Origin: Candidatus Kaiserbacteria bacterium
Lineage (GTDB): Bacteria; Patescibacteriota; Minisyncoccia; Phycocordibacterales; UBA2100
Direction of reading: 5' to 3'
Assembly: GCA_016432285.1 (NCBI GenBank)
Contig: CP066682.1
Span: 288,933-352,932, forward strand
DNA length: 64,000 bases
Shown here: piece after piece, positions 54,810-64,000 of the stretch
Position numbering within the stretch: position 1 is the first letter of the stretch
Layout: every line of letters begins with the position of its first letter
Translations under genes and position numbers: made by a program
The notes under the pieces: generated by a model
Databases searched by the model: none
Told to the model about the DNA's origin: nothing
Seen by the model: only the letters and a program-made list of their open reading frames with translations

Positions 54810-54886
54810 GCGGCAGTGCGGTATTTTTCAGCGAGCACCTGTTTGAGCGCAGCGAGTTGCGGAGCGAAAAATACCGCGCTGCCGCC
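54809..54886 (+). promoter_or_regulatory. long inverted repeat (21-nt arms, 1 mismatch, 36-nt loop)
   Basis: GGCGGCAGTGCGGTATTTTTC ... GAAAAATACCGCGCTGCCGCC, lying between the HD and PyrD-like genes. Confidence 0.4.
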
Positions 54887-54962
54887 GCAGACACGGCTCC
54901 GGCATGTCCTCGCTCGAATATGTGCCGCTATTTCAAGGAGACTCAAGTGGTATAGTGGGCGC

Positions 54963-56039
54963 ATGATTCGCGTGCCGTTCTACGACCCCACCAAAAGCTA
55001 CGACGAAAATTATGCATCCGGCCCCTTCGGCGCTTTTGCCGACGGCAAAGTGTACGAGCAAAAGGGGGAGCCGCAGCACGAATTCTTGGGCCACAAGGTT
55101 TACCTGCCGCTCGGGATTCCTGCTGGACCTTTGCTCAACAGCAACTTTTGCAAGGCAGCCTTTGAGAAAGGATTCGATATCTGCGTGTACAAGACGGTCC
55201 GCAGCGATGTGTTTCCCTGCCACCCGTTCCCCAACGTGCTCGCGATCCATCCCGACGGCGATCTCACGCTCGAAAAATTAAAAAAGCCGCTCGTCGCCGA
55301 CGCCTCATACACCGACCCGCTTTCGATCACCAATTCCTTCGGCGTGCCCTCGAAGGCCCCGGCCGTGTGGCAGGAAGATGTAAAAAGAGCGATTGCCTCC
55401 GCAGGGAAAGGGCAGGTGCTCGTGTTGAGCTTCATGGGCACGGTGCGCCCGAATCAAACGCAGCAGGAGTTCGTCGACGATTACGTGCTCGCGGGGAAGC
55501 TCGCGGCCGAGACGGGCGCGAAGGTTCTTGAAGCGAATCTCTCGTGCCCCAACATCGGCAATGAGGGGCTCGTGTGTTACAACCTCGACGTTACTGAAAG
55601 GGTCGCGAGAGGCATTCGTGGGGTCATCGGCACGACGCCGCTGATTCTGAAAGTCGGGTACTACCAAAGCGATGAGGATATGGAGCGTCTTGCCGAAATT
55701 GCCGAAGAATACGCGGATAGCGTTTCCGGCATCAACACGCTCCAGGCGGAAGTGCGCGATCAGGCAGGCAACCAAGCACTTCCCGGCCCTCCCTCGCGCC
55801 TCCGCTCCGGAGTGTGCGGCGCGGGCATCAAGTGGGCGGGATTGGATTTCGTGCGCCGCCTCACGGCCATACGAAAGAAGCGCGGCTTCACGTTTTCGAT
55901 CGAAGGCGTCGGCGGCGTGCTGCATGCGGCAGATTATGCTGAGTACCTCGATGCAGGAGCGAATGCGGTGATGAGCGCGACGGGTGCCATGTGGAATCCC
56001 TATCTCGCGCAGGAGATAAAGGCAGTTCGCAATGCCTGA
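54963..56039 (+). CDS. dihydroorotate dehydrogenase family protein (PyrD-like TIM barrel)
   Basis: ANLSCPN and GGV...AGA motifs. Confidence 0.65.
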   Translation: MIRVPFYDPTKSYDENYASGPFGAFADGKVYEQKGEPQHEFLGHKVYLPLGIPAGPLLNSNFCKAAFEKGFDICVYKTVRSDVFPCHPFPNVLAIHPDGDLTLEKLKKPLVADASYTDPLSITNSFGVPSKAPAVWQEDVKRAIASAGKGQVLVLSFMGTVRPNQTQQEFVDDYVLAGKLAAETGAKVLEANLSCPNIGNEGLVCYNLDVTERVARGIRGVIGTTPLILKVGYYQSDEDMERLAEIAEEYADSVSGINTLQAEVRDQAGNQALPGPPSRLRSGVCGAGIKWAGLDFVRRLTAIRKKRGFTFSIEGVGGVLHAADYAEYLDAGANAVMSATGAMWNPYLAQEIKAVRNA

Positions 56040-57000
56040 AGGAATTGCGGATCGGGTAGCGCGTGCCATCGAGAGCCACGTCTTTCCCGGCTGCGTGATC
56101 GGCGTTGTTCGTGGAGGTGAGCGTAGCGTCACTCCCTTCGGCACTATCAGATATGATCGTGCCGAACGCGTGCGCGAGAATACGATCTACGATCTCGCGT
56201 CCGTCACGAAATCCATTCCACTGGCATCGCTTGCCAGCATACTGGTGGGCGAAGGGAAATTTTCGCTCTCCGATGGAGTGAAAAAATATCTACCGGAACT
56301 TCACAACGATTACGATGCGACGGTCGAAGATCTCTTGCGCTATCGCGTGCACGGCACGCGGCTTTCGTCCCTGCTCTTCGAGACGTCGGGGGAGTTGCAA
56401 GCAGCGATTTTTGAGAGGGGATTTTCCGCGCCGCCCGGGGAGCCACGCTACAGCAACCTGCCTGCATACCTCTTGGGGCTGATCGTCGAGCGGGCGACAG
56501 CAACGACTCTTCCGGCACTTGCGCAAACGTACTTCTTCGATCCGCTCGAGATGCGAGACACAACTTTCTTTCCAGGAGAGTCGTCCCGTGTCGCGCCCAC
56601 GGAAGTTGTCGGTGGTGAGGAAATTCGCGGCGTCGTTCACGACGAGAGCGCCCGCGTGTTCGCGAAAGAAAAACGCGCAGTCGGACACGCCGGGCTCTTT
56701 TCGACCGCACCCGACGTGTTGAGATTTCTCGCCGCGCTTTTACATGGGAACGATCCGCAGGTCGTCTCGGCGGCGGAGAGCAGTCTCGGATGGCAGGTAA
56801 GCGATCCGCATTTTATGGGTCGGTTTGTAGGCCCGAAGACGTTTGGCAAAACCGGATTTACGGGCACGAGTGTTGTAGTAGATACCAAGCGTAGCATCGG
56901 CTTCGTGATCCTCTCAAATCGCACCTACCCGAAGCGTCCGCAGGGGGATTCGATGATATTCGAATTTCGGCGCGACATCGCTGATATACTGCTCGAATGA
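56032..57000 (+). CDS. serine hydrolase, beta-lactamase/PBP fold
   Basis: ASVTK (SxxK), YSN-like and KTG-like elements. Confidence 0.75.
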   Translation: MPEGIADRVARAIESHVFPGCVIGVVRGGERSVTPFGTIRYDRAERVRENTIYDLASVTKSIPLASLASILVGEGKFSLSDGVKKYLPELHNDYDATVEDLLRYRVHGTRLSSLLFETSGELQAAIFERGFSAPPGEPRYSNLPAYLLGLIVERATATTLPALAQTYFFDPLEMRDTTFFPGESSRVAPTEVVGGEEIRGVVHDESARVFAKEKRAVGHAGLFSTAPDVLRFLAALLHGNDPQVVSAAESSLGWQVSDPHFMGRFVGPKTFGKTGFTGTSVVVDTKRSIGFVILSNRTYPKRPQGDSMIFEFRRDIADILLE

Positions 57001-57680
57001 AAATTCTGGTGCTCCAGCATGTGGCGCACGAGCATCCGGGCTACATCGCGGAGTATGCGAAGGAGCGGGGACACGACCTTGATGTCGTACGGTTGTGGGA
57101 GCGGCACGCCGTGGGCGTGCTCGAAAACTATGGCGCAGTGATCGTGCTCGGCGGCCCCATGGGCGTCTACGACGAATTTGCGTGGAAAGCGGAGGAGGTC
57201 AGCATGATCCGCGACGTGCTCGGCAGAAAGCCCTTGCTCGGCATTTGCCTCGGGAGTCAGCTCATCGCCTCCGTGCTTGGCGCGAAGGTGTACCCAAACC
57301 CTGCGGGTAAAGAGGTCGGGTACTACGAAATCGAACTCACCGACGAGGGAAAGAGTACCTCTATTTTGCAAGGATTCTCAAGTCCGCTCACTGCTCTCCA
57401 GTGGCACGGGGACGCGTTCGACCTCCCGAGGGGAGCGACGCTCCTCGCGCGCACGGCCGCTTGCGAAAATCAGGCGTTCTCCTTCGGTACCAGCACCTAC
57501 GGATTTCTCTTCCACCTTGAATTTACGACGCAGATGGTGCTCGACGAAATCGAGATCGATCGAGAATGGACATGCAAAAACTTTGCTCTCGATGAAGATC
57601 GACTGCGGACCGAGGCGCAGCAACTTGCGCCTTCGATGCGGGAGCAGTGCTTCCGGCTCCTCGATAATTTCCTGCGCTGA
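56997..57680 (+). CDS. class I glutamine amidotransferase-like protein
   Basis: GICLGSQL places the catalytic Cys in the GATase1 context. Confidence 0.7.
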   Translation: MKILVLQHVAHEHPGYIAEYAKERGHDLDVVRLWERHAVGVLENYGAVIVLGGPMGVYDEFAWKAEEVSMIRDVLGRKPLLGICLGSQLIASVLGAKVYPNPAGKEVGYYEIELTDEGKSTSILQGFSSPLTALQWHGDAFDLPRGATLLARTAACENQAFSFGTSTYGFLFHLEFTTQMVLDEIEIDREWTCKNFALDEDRLRTEAQQLAPSMREQCFRLLDNFLR

Positions 57681-57716
57681 TTTTTGTGCCCCATATGCTA
57701 CACTTGCATCTCTCTT

Positions 57717-59540
57717 ATGTGCGGCATATTCGCATATACCGGCAGCAAGGGTTCGGAGGCGCCCGACATACTCCTCAAGGGGCTCATCAGCCTCGAGTAT
57801 CGCGGATATGACTCGGCGGGCATCTTCACACCCGAGAGCGGTGCGGTAAAGACGCCGGGCGCGGTCGCCGAACTCAAGAAGAAAATTCCGAAAGGGTTTG
57901 GAGGCAAAAGCGGCATCGCGCACTTGCGGTGGGCTACTCATGGGGAACCGACCGAGGTCAACGCGCATCCGCACTCCGATTCGACGGGCGAGATTTGGGT
58001 CGTGCACAACGGTATCATCGAAAATTTTAAGGAGCTCAAGAAAAAGCTTGAGGCCAGCGGACACCGGTTTGTCTCGGACACGGATACCGAGATCCTCGCG
58101 CATCTCGTCGAGGAGCATTTGAAAGCGGAGCAAAATTTTGAAAAAGCCGCCATCGCTGCGCTGAATGACGTGCGCGGCACGTACGGGATTGCGCTCCAAT
58201 ACAAGGGCGAACCAGACAAACTGATCGCCGCGCGCATGGGCTCCCCGATCGTGATCGGGCTTGGGGACGGCGAGCATTTCATCGCATCGGACCCGTCGCC
58301 GATTTTGCCGCACACCAAAAGCGTCGTCTTTCTCGAGGACGGCGACGTAGCCGTGCTCACGCCCGAAAAGCACACCATCTACAAGCTCGACGCCACAAAG
58401 GTGAAGCGCGATCCGACCGAGATCGACTGGAGCGCCGAAGAAGCCCAAAAGAGCGGATACGAGCACTTCATGCTGAAGGAGATTATGGAGGGGCCGGAGG
58501 TCGTGGAAAATACGCTGCGCGGCCGGCTCCGAGCCGACGGTGGCGCGAAACTGGGCGGTCTTGAGTTTGTCGCTAAGGAGCTGGGGCAGATCGAGCGGAT
58601 TCTGATTACCGCCTGCGGCACCGCATACTACGGCGGGCTCGTAGGCGAATACATGCTCGAGGAGTTTGCAGGGATCCCGGTGGAGGTGGAGCTCGCGAGC
58701 GAGTTTCGCTACCGGTCGCCGGTGTTGAACCAGAAGACGGCGCTCATCGCCATCTCGCAATCGGGGGAGACCGCCGACACGCTGGAGGCGATCCGCGAAG
58801 GCAAGCGTAAGGGCGCGCTCACGCTCGGCATCGTCAATGCCGTCGGCTCCACGATCGCGCGAGAAACGGATGCGGGCGTCTACAATCATGCCGGGCCCGA
58901 AGTGAGCGTGGCTTCCACCAAGGCGCTGGTTTCGCAGCTGACGGCACTCGCACTCTTCACGCTCTTTCTCGGGCGGCAGCGTGCGCTTTCGCCGCAGAAG
59001 GCCGCAGAAATCGCGGCGGAGCTGCGGGCGCTGCCTGCCAAAATCCAGAAAGTGCTGGACGATCGCGAAAAAATCGCCGTGGTCGCGAAGAAATACGCGC
59101 AGGCGCGCGATTTCCTCTTTATCGGACGCAAATACAATTTCCCGATCGCGCTCGAAGGGGCGCTGAAACTCAAAGAGGTCTCCTACATCCACGCCGAAGG
59201 GTACGGAGCGGGCGAAATGAAGCACGGCCCCATTGCCATGATTGATGAGAACTTTCCATCGGTAGCCATCGCCACCAAAAACAGCGTGTATGACAAAATG
59301 CTCTCAAATATCGAGCAGCTGAAGGCACGGAAGGGCCCGGTAATAGCGATTGCGACGGAAGGAGATGCGGAGATCGCCAAGACGGCCGACGACTGCATCT
59401 ATGTGCCGCCGACGATCGAGATGCTCGAGCCGATCCTCAATGTCGTGCCGCTCCAGCTTTTTGCCTACTACTTCGCGAAGGAAAAGGGATACAACGTGGA
59501 TCGTCCGCGCAATCTCGCGAAGTCGGTAACAGTGGAGTAG
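57717..59540 (+). CDS. glmS: glutamine--fructose-6-phosphate aminotransferase
   Basis: N-terminal MCGIFAY catalytic Cys and two SIS domains. Confidence 0.9.
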   Translation: MCGIFAYTGSKGSEAPDILLKGLISLEYRGYDSAGIFTPESGAVKTPGAVAELKKKIPKGFGGKSGIAHLRWATHGEPTEVNAHPHSDSTGEIWVVHNGIIENFKELKKKLEASGHRFVSDTDTEILAHLVEEHLKAEQNFEKAAIAALNDVRGTYGIALQYKGEPDKLIAARMGSPIVIGLGDGEHFIASDPSPILPHTKSVVFLEDGDVAVLTPEKHTIYKLDATKVKRDPTEIDWSAEEAQKSGYEHFMLKEIMEGPEVVENTLRGRLRADGGAKLGGLEFVAKELGQIERILITACGTAYYGGLVGEYMLEEFAGIPVEVELASEFRYRSPVLNQKTALIAISQSGETADTLEAIREGKRKGALTLGIVNAVGSTIARETDAGVYNHAGPEVSVASTKALVSQLTALALFTLFLGRQRALSPQKAAEIAAELRALPAKIQKVLDDREKIAVVAKKYAQARDFLFIGRKYNFPIALEGALKLKEVSYIHAEGYGAGEMKHGPIAMIDENFPSVAIATKNSVYDKMLSNIEQLKARKGPVIAIATEGDAEIAKTADDCIYVPPTIEMLEPILNVVPLQLFAYYFAKEKGYNVDRPRNLAKSVTVE

Positions 59541-59575
59541 CCGCGCTCCGCCAGCCGGCGGACATGCGAAATCCG

Positions 59576-60223
59576 TTACGGTCGAGTGGCGACTATTCTT
59601 CCCACCTCCTCCATGGTGTCGGCGTACTCGTCGGCGCCCGTCTGCTCGTACCCGTCGACGAGATTTCCCCGGTAGCCGATCGTAAAAGCGCCCGCAGCTT
59701 TCGCGGCCATGATTCCGAAATTGGAATCTTCGAGCACGATCGAGCGCTCGGCGCTTGCTCCGAGCAGCCGCAATGCCTCCTGATAGCCATCGGGCGCCGG
59801 TTTCTCACGCAGGTCTTTCCTGTCGTTGAGCGAAATTATGGCCTCAAGAGATTCCTTGAAGGGAAGGCGCGGCACCACCTGATCGATCCACGTTTGCGGA
59901 GACTGCGTGACGAGACCCAGCTTGAAACCGAGTGAAAGCAATTTCTGCGCCAGTGCTTCGACTCCCGAGGTAATGGGTGATTGTGCGTAGACATCAACGG
60001 CGGTATCTTCGTACCCTTGTATGAGCGCATCCTTGTCAAAGTTCGGGTCGTACTGCGCGGCGCGTTTGATGACGCCGATGAGTCCGATGCCAATCGTGTT
60101 GCCGAATTTCTCCGCAATCTCTGCGCCGAGCACGCGCCTCAGCATGGGCTCCTCGAGCGTAGTCCACGCGTGTTCGCTGTTGACGAGCACGCCGTCCATG
60201 TCGAAAATGAATGCTCTATTCAT
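59576..60223 (-). CDS. HAD-family hydrolase (beta-phosphoglucomutase-like)
   Basis: FDMDGVL, TQSP and EDS..G motifs. Confidence 0.75.
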   Translation of the reverse strand: MNRAFIFDMDGVLVNSEHAWTTLEEPMLRRVLGAEIAEKFGNTIGIGLIGVIKRAAQYDPNFDKDALIQGYEDTAVDVYAQSPITSGVEALAQKLLSLGFKLGLVTQSPQTWIDQVVPRLPFKESLEAIISLNDRKDLREKPAPDGYQEALRLLGASAERSIVLEDSNFGIMAAKAAGAFTIGYRGNLVDGYEQTGADEYADTMEEVGRIVATRP

Positions 60224-60268
60224 GCGTTGTTTCCCCGATTTTCTGGTACGAGGTCGAACCTTGTAAAG

Positions 60269-61324
60269 CTACTGGAGCTTCACGATTTCCTCCCAGGGGC
60301 GTCCCTCCACGCCGAAGTGTCCGTAGGCGGCCGTCTCGCGATAGATCGGACGATTGAGGCCGAGGCGCTCGATGATCGCGCGCGGCCGGAAATCGAAATT
60401 TTTCGAGACGACATCGGTGAGGTTTTTACCTTCCTCGTTGAAAGCCTCGACCATGACGGGCTCAGCGCGGCCGATCGCGTAGGCGACCGTCACGAGCGTC
60501 TTCTTGCCGTAACCGCCCGCCACAAGGCTTTTCGCGACGAAGCGGCACATGTACGCCGCCGATCGATCGACCTTGGTCGCGTCTTTACCGGAGAATGCGC
60601 CGCCGCCGTGGGGCGCGATGCCGCCGTACGTGTCAACTTGGATTTTGCGTCCGGTGAGACCCGCGTCGGCCGCAAAGCCACCGAGGACGAACTTTCCCGT
60701 CGGGTTGACGAGTATTTCAATGCCCTCGATGGATTTGAGCACTGGCGTGAAGAGGTGTTCGATCAGACTGGCCCTGATTTCCTCCTGCGACGTTTCCTCG
60801 GCATGCTGCGTCGATGTGAGCGCAGTCAAAATATCGCCGTTCGAGATCGTTATCTGAGTCTTGCCGTCGGGCCGCAGCCACGAAAGCGTGCCGTCGCGGC
60901 GTAGTTTTTCGAGGCGACGCGCGAGCGCATGCGCGAGCACGACTCCTCGCGGAAGCATTTCGGGCGTCTCGTCGGTCGCGTAGCCGTACATGATGCCCTG
61001 GTCTCCCGCGCCTCCCGTATCGACGCCCTGCGCGATGTCGGGCGATTGGCGCGCGATCGTTACGAGCACCTTGAGGTCATCGGCGTACCCGATATCGGTG
61101 TACACCTGCCGTGCGATTTTCTCGGCATCAATATCCGCGGACGTCTTCACCTCTCCGCCGATCATGAGCGTGCCGTGGCTGCCGAAGGTTTCCACCGCGA
61201 CGCGTGCCGTCGGGTCCTGCCGCAAGCACTCGTCGAGAATTGCATCCGATATCTGGTCGCACACCTTATCCGGGTGGCCGGAGGTAACGCTCTCTGTCGT
61301 ATAACGTTGTAAAAGATGGAACAT
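60269..61324 (-). CDS. metK: S-adenosylmethionine synthetase
   Basis: TSESVTSGHPDKVCDQISD and GGGAFSGKD motifs. Start at MFHLLQ. Confidence 0.9.
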   Translation of the reverse strand: MFHLLQRYTTESVTSGHPDKVCDQISDAILDECLRQDPTARVAVETFGSHGTLMIGGEVKTSADIDAEKIARQVYTDIGYADDLKVLVTIARQSPDIAQGVDTGGAGDQGIMYGYATDETPEMLPRGVVLAHALARRLEKLRRDGTLSWLRPDGKTQITISNGDILTALTSTQHAEETSQEEIRASLIEHLFTPVLKSIEGIEILVNPTGKFVLGGFAADAGLTGRKIQVDTYGGIAPHGGGAFSGKDATKVDRSAAYMCRFVAKSLVAGGYGKKTLVTVAYAIGRAEPVMVEAFNEEGKNLTDVVSKNFDFRPRAIIERLGLNRPIYRETAAYGHFGVEGRPWEEIVKLQ

Positions 61325-61325
61325 G

Positions 61326-61490
61326 TCTAAAACCGAATAATCTCCCCTGCGGGAGATTATTGATAAAGGTATCTTCCCGTAGGGCCGGATGGAGCACCTT
61401 GTCGAGATCTCGATAGGTTGCTGGCGGGTCGGCAAGCCGGAACTTTCACCGCACTCTCGATACGATATTCAGTTGTGCTGGCATTATATG
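61326..61490 (-). ncRNA. probable SAM-I (S-box) riboswitch with terminator-type expression platform
   Basis: Leader read 5'->3' on the minus strand: UAUCGAGAG...GCAACC...GGUGCUCCAUCCGGC...GAAGAUA, then the hairpin AAUAAUCUCCC-gcag-GGGAGAUUAUU plus CGGUUUU immediately before the metK ATG. Candidate -10 TATAAT on the minus strand (+ strand ATTATA at 61494..61499). Confidence 0.5.
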
Positions 61491-61692
61491 CGGTGTGAAC
61501 CCGTACACAAAGCAGTTTTTTCGCGACAGGGCACGGATTGCCAGCCACTGTCAATACTGAGTTATGCACAGTTTGACAATAAACCTTGTTCATGGCGCCT
61601 GGGGTAGGCATATCATGCCCCCTGTAAGGTGGCGTACTGCCACGGTCGTGTTTCCTTATTATTAGTTCTTTATTTCTAAACGTATCAAATGT

Positions 61693-62292
61693 ATGGGCAA
61701 AATTTTCCGGAAAGACAGTGTCATCTCTGTAACAGCAGCAGTTGTCGTGGCCGTTTTTCTCGTTGTAGCGACGGTACAAGCGGCGACGACGATTTCCACG
61801 AGCATCTCGACGGACGGTAATCTCACGGTGAGTGGCACGGCTTCGACCACGCTCTTCTCCTCGAATGGGACGGCGTACTTTGGCGCCACTGCTACCACTA
61901 CCATTAGCAGCGCGGGCGTCATTGCCGCAGTGGGCGACGTCACCGTCGGTGATGACCTTACGGTTACCGGCACGGCAAGCTCGACTGATCTGATTGTCGG
62001 TAACGACCAGGTGAGCACGATATCGGGAATGATCTTCGGGGCATGCAATATTGCAAGCGTGGCGGTGACCGCGTCCTCGACCGCGTACGTAAACTGCACA
62101 GGGGCCACGGGAGTCACTTCGTCATATAAGGTATTCGTTCAGGCAACCAGTTCCTTCCCGACTCAGCTGACGATTCGGGCCGCCTCTTCGACGGCCACAA
62201 CCGGAACGATCAATCTTCTCTTGGTCAACGATGGGATCACCGGTGGTAACTCGAGTGGCGCGGCGTCGATCAACTTCTGGGCAGTTCGCTAA
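61693..62292 (+). CDS. secreted Thr/Ser/Ala-rich surface protein
   Basis: Signal/TM followed by a beta-rich T/S/G repeat composition. Confidence 0.55.
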   Translation: MGKIFRKDSVISVTAAVVVAVFLVVATVQAATTISTSISTDGNLTVSGTASTTLFSSNGTAYFGATATTTISSAGVIAAVGDVTVGDDLTVTGTASSTDLIVGNDQVSTISGMIFGACNIASVAVTASSTAYVNCTGATGVTSSYKVFVQATSSFPTQLTIRAASSTATTGTINLLLVNDGITGGNSSGAASINFWAVR

Positions 62293-62326
62293 GGCGAGCC
62301 GATTATCAGCCTCATAGCGAATACCC

Positions 62327-63205
62327 ATGAAGAAACTTCTTGTTTCAGGGTCAGTGGCGATCGCGCTCCTGCCGATGCTCGCGTTGGCGGCGTATGACGA
62401 CGTTACGCTCACAACTGACGTCTCGATACCGCTCACCAACGCCACACTGACAATCAATAGTACGAGCGCGGTGATTCAGTCCATCACGGTGATCGCGGGC
62501 AGTATGACATTCGATCTACAGCCGGGCTCTTCTGTCGACGTCATCAACTCCGTTGGTAAGGCACTCATCATCGATCAGGGTGGTGAATACCTGGTCGCCG
62601 ACAGCTGTTCCGGTGGATCGCGCCTGAAGTTCGTGAACAATTCAGCTTCCGCGTCTGTAAGTATTACCATTACGCCATCTTCCAGCGCGTGTTCCGGCGA
62701 AAGCGCGCGCAGCGCGGCGTCGAGCGGCGGTGGCAGCAGTGGCGGCGGAGGTGGCCCGCCCTCGATCATCGGTGGAGGCGGTGGCGGAGGAGGGGGTGGA
62801 TCGGTTACACCTGCCACGACTCCCGCAACGACTCCCGCATCTACACCTGCTACGGCAGAAAACGCAGCGGTGATCGCGCAACTTCAAGTGCAGATTCAGC
62901 AGCTGATCGCACAGCTGAACGCGCTCCTTGCGGCAAAAGGTCTTCCGCTCTACGCATCGTCTTCGTTCACACGCGACTTGGAGGTGGGATTGACAGGTGC
63001 AGACGTCAAAGCTCTGCAAGTGTATCTCAATACCAAGGGGTATGTCGTCGCCGCAAGCGGCCCCGGCTCTCCGGGCAACGAGACGACTCGCTTCGGCAAC
63101 GCGACAAAGGCTGCTCTCATCAAACTACAGAAAGCGGCCGGGATCTCGCCTGCTTCTGGCTTCTTCGGTCCGAAGACGCGTGCGTACGTCAACGCCAATC
63201 CGTAG
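62327..63205 (+). CDS. secreted protein with poly-Gly/TPA linker and C-terminal peptidoglycan-binding domain
   Basis: Signal peptide. Linker GGGGPPSIIGGGGGGGGGG and TPATTPATTPASTPAT. C-terminal PG_binding_1. Confidence 0.6.
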   Translation: MKKLLVSGSVAIALLPMLALAAYDDVTLTTDVSIPLTNATLTINSTSAVIQSITVIAGSMTFDLQPGSSVDVINSVGKALIIDQGGEYLVADSCSGGSRLKFVNNSASASVSITITPSSSACSGESARSAASSGGGSSGGGGGPPSIIGGGGGGGGGGSVTPATTPATTPASTPATAENAAVIAQLQVQIQQLIAQLNALLAAKGLPLYASSSFTRDLEVGLTGADVKALQVYLNTKGYVVAASGPGSPGNETTRFGNATKAALIKLQKAAGISPASGFFGPKTRAYVNANP

Positions 63206-63308
63206 TTAGTCCGTATCGCAGCAACACGGCCGCCCTGCGGGGCGGCCGTGTTTGTTGCAAGAGCATGCGATTGCCAACGTCATAGGGTCAATATAGAGTT
63301 ATTCGATT

Positions 63309-64000
63309 ATGAAGCGAGTCGTAACCATCGGAGGCGGGACGGGAAGCTACGTCGTACTGCGCGGCCTCAAGGAGTATCCGCTTGCGATCACGGCGGTCAT
63401 CTCGATGTTCGATTCGGGCGGATCCTCTGGAGTGCTCCGCGACGAGTTCGGCATTTTGCCGCCGGGCGATATCAGGCGGGCACTCGTGGCCCTCTCCGAG
63501 GGGAAGCGCGCCGAGATTTTACGCGAGCTCTTCAACTACCGCTTCGAGAACGGCGGCACGCTGAAGGGCCACAACTTCGGCAACCTCTTCCTCGCGGCGC
63601 TCTCCTCGATTTACGGCAGCGACATCGAGGCGATCCGCAAAGCCTCGCAGCTTCTCGACATCAAGGGTCGGGCACTCCCGGTCTCACTCGACAACGCGAA
63701 CCTCCATGCGATTCTCGAAGACGGCACGGAGATCGTGGGAGAGACCAACATCGACATCCCGAAGCACGACGGCAACAAATCCATCAAAAAGGTTTTCCTC
63801 GATCCTGCCGCGACGCTCTTTGCCGAGACTGAAAGCGCGATCCGCGAAGCCAATACGATCGTGATCGGACCGGGTGATCCGTACACCTCCGTGATTCCGA
63901 ATCTTCTCGTGAAAGGCATGCGGGAGGCGCTTGCGGCGAGTCCAGCCAAAAAGGTTTTCGTGTGCAATCTCCTCACGAAGTGGGGAGAGACCAACGACTG
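63309..64000 (+). CDS. YvcK/CofD-family protein (gluconeogenesis factor-like), 3' end truncated by the window edge
   Basis: VTIGGGTGSYVVLRGL...SMFDSGGSSGVLR motif. The ORF runs off the window end. Confidence 0.75.
   Translation, partial: MKRVVTIGGGTGSYVVLRGLKEYPLAITAVISMFDSGGSSGVLRDEFGILPPGDIRRALVALSEGKRAEILRELFNYRFENGGTLKGHNFGNLFLAALSSIYGSDIEAIRKASQLLDIKGRALPVSLDNANLHAILEDGTEIVGETNIDIPKHDGNKSIKKVFLDPAATLFAETESAIREANTIVIGPGDPYTSVIPNLLVKGMREALAASPAKKVFVCNLLTKWGETND

Noticed and set aside
57681-57716. Checked for a glmS ribozyme upstream of glmS
   Set aside because: The intergenic space is only about 36 nt, too short for the roughly 150-nt ribozyme.
57378-59225. 615-aa minus-strand ORF
   Set aside because: It is antisense to glmS.
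61357-61779. 140-aa minus-strand ORF upstream of metK
   Set aside because: It lies within the structured leader (riboswitch-like blocks plus terminator) and has no RBS. Its sequence is Cys/Arg-rich noise.
1-64000. CRISPR arrays, rRNA, integrase/transposase genes
   Set aside because: No regularly spaced repeats, no rRNA-like conserved stretches and no recombinase motifs were seen. Mobility is inferred only from GC shifts, the 15-bp direct repeats and the gene remnants.

Overview
This is a compact, high-GC bacterial window of roughly 60% GC (estimated by eye). Almost all genes are on the + strand, and many overlap start-to-stop. The gene content suggests a monoderm, small-proteome organism, though it also carries an ExbB/ExbD-like set.

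Recognisable content, in order:
- 66-1028: a CapA-like phosphoesterase.
- 2643-6900: tRNA-Gln(CUG) followed by a lower-GC islet holding a GIY-YIG nuclease and a type II restriction-modification pair (PD-ExK endonuclease plus beta-class DPPF N4/N6 methyltransferase), then a Cys-rich micro-ORF flanked by 15-bp direct repeats and two translationally coupled paralogs of an unknown family.
- 9170-23440: a roughly 14-kb copper homeostasis island. It has two identical 17-bp palindromic CsoR-type operators, csoR, Met-rich and heavy-metal-binding-domain (HMBD) mini-proteins, CcdA, a Sco-like CxxxC protein, DoxX, a P1B ATPase with an atypical CPD motif, a rhodanese, an HPF-like protein, a multicopper oxidase, DUF1573 plus a second CcdA-like protein, and a NirK-like copper nitrite reductase.
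- 23529-28308: a MacAB-like adaptor/FtsX/ABC efflux set and an MFS transporter.
- 28364-30010: an ECF sigma / anti-sigma pair.
- 30188-35730: peptidoglycan-binding secreted proteins and a GH18 hydrolase.
- 35872-38207: typA and msrB.
- 39033-42966 (minus strand): an operon encoding an isoprenylcysteine-methyltransferase (ICMT) fusion membrane protein, an ExbB/TolQ/MotA-like channel and two ExbD/TolR-like single-TM proteins.
- 45663-46919: a DEAD-box helicase.
- 47430-48700: a low-GC islet of small minus-strand genes.
- 51032-51964: a metzincin protease.
- 53322-54185: a sortase with a minimal LAXTG substrate.
- 54189-64000: HD hydrolase, PyrD-like, beta-lactamase-fold and GATase proteins, glmS, a HAD hydrolase, metK preceded by a probable SAM-I riboswitch with terminator, and a partial YvcK/CofD gene at the 3' end.

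No rRNA, CRISPR array or intact transposase was seen. All family assignments are from motif reading only; no searches were run.
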